In this document: one piece after another, positions 56,854 to 64,000 of the stretch
How positions within the stretch are numbered: the stretch's first letter is position 1
Layout: the number at the start of each line of letters is the position of its first letter
Origin: the human T2T-CHM13v2.0 reference genome, Homo sapiens
Direction: 5' to 3' (one strand)
Length of the DNA: 64,000 nt
NCBI RefSeq assembly: GCF_009914755.1
Contig: NC_060926.1
Made by a program: the position numbers and the translations under genes
The notes under the pieces: model-generated
What the model was told of the DNA's origin: nothing
What the model saw: the letters and a program-made list of their open reading frames with translations, nothing else
Databases searched by the model: none

Positions 56854-57074
56854 AGACAGGTTCCATATAATATCAAATAACATTAGATTTGGTTGCAGAC
56901 CTGAGAGAAAATTTCTAACTCTGGATATGCATATTAAAAAATAAAAGTAAAAAGCTAAAGAGTAAAAATATAAATAAACCTTCAAATAAAGGTTCAGAAA
57001 AATAAAGCTCTGGAAAGCAGATTTGGATAAATGGACTTTATAAATCAGGAAATAGAATAAAATGTACAATAGAC

Positions 57075-57387
<313 letters not shown>

Positions 57388-58831
57388 TCAGGAAGTGCAG
57401 TCCAGGCAGAATGACAACAGATGCAAGGTAGGCCTGTGGCTAAAGCGAGGTGCCCTGGGTATCTCGGAGGGCTCATACTCTCTGCAAGGGAAGAGTAGTA
57501 AGAGAGGAGGTCAGAGACATGATGGGGGGAAGGGATCAGATTGCATGGAGCATGTGCCAGCTTGAGGAGGGCTTTGCAGGTCATTGCAAAGATTTGGCTT
57601 TTACCTTGTGTAAGATGGGAAGCCACTGGAGGGTCTGGAACAGAGATGAGACATACTCTTAGAAGGAACACTATGCCTGCTGTGTTGAGAGGAGACAGAA
57701 GAGGGACAAGATCGAGGGAGGGAGGCCAGCTGGGAAGCTCTTGCAATAATCCAGGTGAAAGCAGATAGTGACCTACACCTGGCTAGTAGTGCTGGCGATG
57801 GAGAAGAGAATCTGGCCAGAATTTGGATGTGTTGTGAAGGAAGAAGAAGAAGTGTTTGCCAATGGGCTGGAAGTGGGACATGAGGCAGAGAGGAGACAAG
57901 GGAGAGTCTAAGAACTTTGTCCTGAGCAACTGGAAGGTTGGAATAAATATTTACTCAGGTAGAGAAAACTGAGGGGTAGTTAGATTTGGTTTCAAATCAG
58001 GTTTTGGTTTTGTTCATGTCAGGGTTGAGATTCCTTTTAGACTTGAAAGCAGAGGTGTGGAATAAGCAGTTGGCTGTATGAGACTAGAATTCAGGGTTCT
58101 GAGCTCTAGTTCAGTTCTATTTTATACTGAAGTTAAAAAAATTTGAAACTCATCTGAAGCCATGAGACTGCATGAGATCTTTACAGGAATGTGTGTGAAT
58201 AGAGGAGAGAAAAGGCCAACAATACAAGAGGCATACCAATGTTCAGAGGTCAGAGAGATGAGCAAGGAGGTCAGGGAGATGAACAAGGAGAACATGGTGT
58301 CTGGGAGCCAAAGGCTGCAGTTATTGGCAATGGCAGGGTCTAGGTTTCACATGGTCTAGGTCTAGCGAAATAGTGGAACACTAGTTTGAAGATGATATTT
58401 TGCTAGACCTAGACCAACGACCATGTGAGTGAATGGCTGAGGTGGGCTGGAGGAAAAGGTCACTGGAGCAAAGGAGGACAAGGAGGTGAGTCTCGGGATG
58501 TTGGTTGACTCCAAAGTCAATGATGGGGCTTATGGCAGTAAGTCATAAGCTGACATCACCCATGACTCCATGAACCAGGAGGCAGCCAGCACACAGCAAT
58601 GAGAGGCTTGTGAGGCTGCATAGTTTGGTGATTGGCTTCAAAAAAGCTGGGGTTTTTGAAGGAGAAGATCAGACATTTGAGAAGTTACAAGGGGGCACCA
58701 GATGAGCATTTACCCCTCTCCCAGCCTTCAGGTGCTTGGGGAAGAGGAGAGGCAGTCTTTAGCTGAGAGGGCTGCTGGAAGTAGAATCCTCAGAGGACAG
58801 CCTGGCTTCCCTGGGCAGGAAGATACATTTA

Positions 58832-59319
58832 TTTTTAAATTTATTTTTATTTTAAATTTTTTTATTTTAAAATTTTATGGGTACTTAGTAAGTGTATATA
58901 TTTATGGGGTACATGAGATATTTTGATATAAGCATGTAATGCATAATAATCACATCAGAGTAAATGGGGTATCCATCCCTCAAGCATTTATCATTTCTTT
59001 GTGTTATAAACAATCCAATTATACTCTTTTAGCTATTTTAAAATGTACGATAAATTATTGTTGACTGTAGTTATCAAATCCTAGACCTTATTCATTCTAT
59101 CTAACATTTTTGTACTCATTAACCATCCCCACTCCCCTGCTCCGCTATACTTCCCAGCCTCTGTAACCATCATTCTGTCTCCCTGTGTTCAATTGTTTTA
59201 AGTTTTAGCTCCCATGAATGAGTAAGGACATGTGAAGTTTGTCTTTCTGTGCCTGGTTTATTTTGCTTAACATAATGTCCTCCAGTTCCATCATGTTGTT
59301 GTAAATGACAGGATCTCAT
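58832..59319 (-). mobile_element. 5'-truncated L1MA2/3
   Basis: gtgtatatatttatggggtacatgagatattttgata; perfect 15-bp TSD aggaagatacattta (58817-58831 / 59320-59334). Confidence 0.92.
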
Positions 59320-61941
59320 AGGAAGATACATTTAGAAGTGGAAAAAGGTGTAGGAAAGTTTGCTGATCAGTGAGTTCCTAAGGGTGCCATGGAAAAGCTT
59401 GGGAAGAGAGGAGGGTTTGTGTTAGATTAGATAATACCTGTCTGTTGAGAGATGATCTGCTGGTGACCCAGGTTAAAGTGTGTGTTGGGAGGGTGGGTAG
59501 CGGGAAGCAGCCACAAATGGCTGGTATTGGTATGAGGTATTTGAGATTAGTCCAGAGCAGTAAGGGGCAAGATCTCCGGGCAGCTGATCTAGCCTGAGGC
59601 TGGAGACGTCATGGCAGGAGGAAGACAAGATGATTGAAGACCCTCTTGAGGCTGGTCACACCCCATGGGTAGGGTGGTGGAGAGTAGAGTAAATCTCTCT
59701 ATGATAGCTAATTATAATATTGCTATAGTCATCACGGTTGAGGGAAATTTATCAGCAACTAGGCCACAGACTGAGAGAAGTTTATCTGCAACTAGGCCAA
59801 AGACGGATGAATTGCTTTTTGTCCCCACCCACTGACTATCCTAATAATTGTTGACAAACATGAACCAAACTTTTGCTGATAAAAAGAAGAAATATTCAGG
59901 GAAACCTGGAGAAAGAAAGAGGTGAGCATTTTACAAACTTCAGGAAATGGCCAGACCACTCTTTCCTTTAGTTTTCATGGTAACTGTTGGCCAGTAAAGT
60001 AGAGCTGCCCTGGGCTTCTGCGTCTGTCTTATCCCCATCAAGGGTCTACTGAGCGGGGAGATTCTAAAGGCTTATTTGACAACAAAAGGTTGGGATGGCC
60101 AAGAGTTGCTTCTTTTCCGTTTCTTTCCATTTACTTTCATTTTCAAGTCTCGTTCACTATGGCTATAGGACTCTATTGCTCATGAAGGGCAAAGGGGTCC
60201 TTCTCTGTTTTCATCATGTGGGTTTTCAGAAGGGCCCCTGGCCTGGCAGTTAGGAGGTAGGACCCAGTTCTGACTATTTTCCTTACCTCCCTTGTGACCT
60301 GAGCCAGGTCACTCATCCTCTGTAGACCTCAGTCGTTTCACCTGAGGTCCTTTTCACCTCTCACATCCTATGTCTTGAAGTTACTCGAGTCAGCAGGAAG
60401 TGAAGTAGAATCTGCAATGTCTTGGTACAAACTAAGGAGAGAGCACAGGATTTTAATTCAGAATAAGAAACTCGTTATTCACTCTAGGGTTAATCATTTT
60501 ATAGCAACTTGACTAAGTGACATCACTTCTCTGAATCCATTTAAAAATTGTATAAAACAGGTTGATATTTGCACTTTTCTTGGCTTCTTAAGAGAGATTT
60601 TGATACTATAAATAAGATTATTAGTAGGGACAAATATGGAAATGATAAAGATGCTTCCAAAATTCTTACAGGTACCATTAACTGGCATAATATCATTGAT
60701 TGTTGATTGAATTGGCAACCAATCAATCAGTAGTAAGCATCTATTTTTTCCATCAAAGTGTATTTATTGAGGGACAGGATTATGTTGGGGGAATATAGAT
60801 AAAGTAGAATAACATAGTAGTACCTCACAGCTGGGGTCACCGAAATGAGATAACTTGTTTAAGGTCATACACTACTAAGAAGTTAGGATTTGAACTTTGA
60901 TTTGTCTGCCCCAAGGTTGATGATCTTTCTAGTCAACCCCCAGCCCCTTCTCATATTTGTATGTTAAGTAAGTGGCAGGCACTGTGCTAGGAATTAGTGT
61001 TGTCCTGGCAGCATTTGGCACTGGAAATGGGATCTTATTTCAGCCAATCGTTAGTTGTCCCATGAATTAAAACTGGCTGTATTATTTTGATTCTTGGCTT
61101 AGTCTTAGAGCCTTATGATAAGAATTAGAAGCTGACATGACCAACTACAAGGGTTCTTCAGTGAACATTCATGTCCTGCAATAAAATGAGCATCAGGTGG
61201 TCTTTTCTCAGTGGGTGAGTGGTATTCCACATGTTCCTCTCACTGATAGCCTGTGGGAACATGGAAGTTAGAGCGTGAAGTAAAAAGTCAGGACAGCTAC
61301 AGAAAGCCTTGTCTGACCCAAATCTACCCTTATATGGGATATGTGGATATAAATATTCCACATAAATAATGTGCTTGTGTCATTCACTTACTTTTTGCTT
61401 TTTAAGAGAACCAGAATCACTGTGATTCATACTGAAACACAGACACACATGTATCCACACACAAACCCACACTATCATGTGGCCAAATTACCAACTGCCC
61501 AACCTTCATCTGACACTTGTGGAAAGAGAAATATGCGTTGTAGAGAGTTCCCAACTTGAAAGAGTCAATTGGTATAAATACGGGCTTCATGACCTCAAAT
61601 TCGCAGGGTTTATTTCGGGCAAAATTGTCTCTTTTTTATCAAGCAAGAAAGTAGAAAACAGTACAGTGTATCTGTTTAGATTCTGGCGTCTGAGGTCTTT
61701 GTGGACTTGAATGCTGATAGGGCGATAATGCATCTAAACATTTAACCCAAGGGCTGCCAGATAGTAAAATTGTAATTAATTTACTAATTTAATAATTTCT
61801 TGCATCTTCAAGTAGACTAAATAGCTTAATGACTTGGAGTAAACCAACTTAAGAAATTAGTGTCTTCTACTAACTATGGAGTTTTGGGGACAAGGATTCA
61901 TCTTTCTATCTCCAGTGCCTACAGTAGTGCCTGGAAGTGAA

Positions 61942-62700
61942 TTTTTTTTTTTTGTTTCTTATTTAGTTTTCATTTCATAATCACAAACTTAACTCTGCCA
62001 TCTAACTAGGCATGGAAGGGAACAAGGAAAACACGGAACCCAAAGGGAACTGCAGCGAGAGCACAAAGATTCTAGAATACTGCGAGCAGATGGGGTGGAG
62101 GGCTGCTCTCCTGAGCTGCAGAAGGAATGGTCCAGTGGTTAAGATAAAACACAAGTCAAACTTATTCGAGTTGTCCAAAGTCAGGAATGGTGACCTTCTT
62201 GCTGGTCTTGCCATTCCTGGACCCAAAGTGCTCCATGGCCTCCACAATATTCATGCCTTCTTTCACCTTGCCAATGACCACATGCTTGCTATCCAACCAC
62301 TCAGACTTGGCAGTGCAGATGAAAAACTGGGAACCATTTGTGTTGGGTCCAGCATTTGCCATGGACAATATGCCAGGACCTGTATGCTTCAGGATGAAGT
62401 TGTCATCATCAACTTTCTCCCCGTAGATTGACTTGCCACCAGTGCCATTATGGTGTGTGAAGTCACCACCATGACACATAAACCCTGGAATAATTCTGTG
62501 AAAGCAGCAACCCTTGTAACCAAATCTTTTCTCTCCAGTATTCAGAGCACAAAAGTTTTCTGCTGTCTTTGGAAACTTGTCTGCAAACAGCTCAAAAGAG
62601 ATGCGGCCCAAGGACTCACCGTCGACAGAGATGTGGAAGAACACGGTGGGGTTGACCATGGCTGGTAATACAGAGCTCCCGACGGCAGCATCTGCAAAGC
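61942..62700 (-). pseudogene. PPIAP66: Processed retrocopy of PPIA (cyclophilin A), with UTRs and poly(A)
   Basis: Intronless PPIA cDNA copy: 5'UTR gctttgcaga...gccATGG, 3'UTR, poly(T) at 61942-61953 on +, short TSD agtgaat (61936-61942 / 62705-62711). Inserted in an L2 3' end. The numbered symbol is from recollection, not verified. Confidence 0.95.
62162..62659 (-). CDS. Intact 165-aa cyclophilin A-like ORF of the PPIA retrocopy (coding status unknown)
   Basis: Full-length [11 protein letters not shown]...GQLE* with no stop or frameshift; about 21 substitutions vs recalled human PPIA; Kozak GCCATGG. Confidence 0.45.
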   Translation of the reverse strand: MVNPTVFFHISVDGESLGRISFELFADKFPKTAENFCALNTGEKRFGYKGCCFHRIIPGFMCHGGDFTHHNGTGGKSIYGEKVDDDNFILKHTGPGILSMANAGPNTNGSQFFICTAKSEWLDSKHVVIGKVKEGMNIVEAMEHFGSRNGKTSKKVTIPDFGQLE

Positions 62701-64000
62701 ACTCAGTGAATGTTTATGGAATAAAGTGGAGTCCTGTTCCCTCAACCTTGCTACTACTGTTTCCCACTTTCATTTTCCAGATAAATTCCCAGACAAGTTA
62801 GGGAGGGATGCTATGGAGAAACATACATTTCTCCAAATCCTTTGGTAGTAGAAAATAACCTTGGACACAGGTCTTCAATGAATTGGTATGTAATTATTCA
62901 ACATCTGAGTCAAAATGCAAACAGTAGCTCCAGTCTACACAGAGTAATCCGAATTAAATATAGCCCATATTTGTTGTGCTGACATCCATGTTGTTGAGAA
63001 CACGCATACATATGATGCAGCTCAAATAACATAGGGAGAACAATGGTTAAAGTCTAAGGCTCTTGGCTGCTCTAATGAGATGGGGAATGGGGAGTTTGGG
63101 CATGGAGGTGCTCATTATGTGAGAGATAATATTTCTATTCAGCATCATAGAGCATCCATTTCAGCCGAGATCTCACTCTGGGAGCTCCTTTTCCGTGCAA
63201 AATATAGAATATACGCATTCAGAGAGAATGCTTAGAGAGAGAGGGGAAAGCTCTAAGCCTGTAACGGTGGGAAAAAAGTCTTTCCTAGCTATAAGTAACT
63301 GGCAGCGATGTACAGTAGAGAACATTAGAGCAAATCTTGTGTTATAAATACAGTTGATAAGCAGACTGTCCTTTACTAGGACTTGAAGCTATTGCAGTCA
63401 GAGACTGAAAATTTCCTTCAAATCCTAATGAGGGCCATGGTACAAGGAAGCTTTGAGGGCTGAGAGCAGTAAAGGGTGCATAAGAGCACTTCACGTGAGC
63501 CTAAATGACAGATATGATAGAGGCCTTGGGTGGGAATCAGACAAGATTATTTCACAGCAGCTTAGGATTTCCATTTGTAGGAAACTGGGAACAGTGAGCA
63601 GAATCCCACCATTCAGCCTTGCTGTATTCACTTAGGCTCAAAATTTGGTGACTTAGAGTTCTTATATATTGTATCAGTCATTCCCCAACAATCCTATTCT
63701 TTAATTTTGTTTTCTTAAATTTTCGTTAAAGAACTATCATCATGTATTCTTACGCTTAAGAGATAAATGCTGAAGTATTTAGAGGCAAAGTGTCAGATGT
63801 TTGTAGATTACTGTCAAGTTGTACACACACAGAGACAAAGCAAATATGATTGCCGTCTTTTGAACTATAATTCTTCTTCTCACTTTTTATATGTTAAAAA
63901 ATCTCATACTAAAAAGTAGAAAGAGAAAACCACATCTGATATTGGTACAGATAGATATCTAGACTAAGTGCACCTCACTTATCTATTTTCATCAAGATTT

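Noticed and set aside
62012-62431. 139-aa + strand ORF
   Set aside because: Antisense shadow of the PPIA retrocopy.

Overview
Human/primate intergenic DNA, rich in Alu, L1, L2, MIR and MaLR/ERVL LTR repeats. No intact multi-exon gene is visible. It carries two processed retrocopies on the minus strand: JPT1/HN1 at ~7.5-8.2 kb (one frameshift) and PPIA at ~61.9-62.7 kb (intact 165-aa ORF), plus a truncated U6 retrocopy. Main result: the minus strand contains collinear fossil exons of an unprocessed axonemal outer-arm dynein heavy chain gene of the DNAH11/DNAH9/DNAH17 type, closest to DNAH11. One 135-nt exon (28889-29023) still has an open frame and both splice sites. Others (27428-27598, 27170-27364, 22166-22331, 39008-39216 and weaker candidates) are decayed. 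The best explanation is a dead DNAH11 paralogue, possibly the whole-genome-duplication ohnologue in the CDCA7-SP3 interval. Its best-kept exon lies in a repeat-free, enhancer-like block. The 39-46 kb region also shows several local templated-copy scars: a 170-bp direct duplication, a ~125-bp inverted insertion into an L1, a fold-back insertion in a THE1 LTR and a 46-bp orphan retroposed fragment. All protein and repeat comparisons are against sequences recalled from memory and need tblastn/RepeatMasker confirmation.
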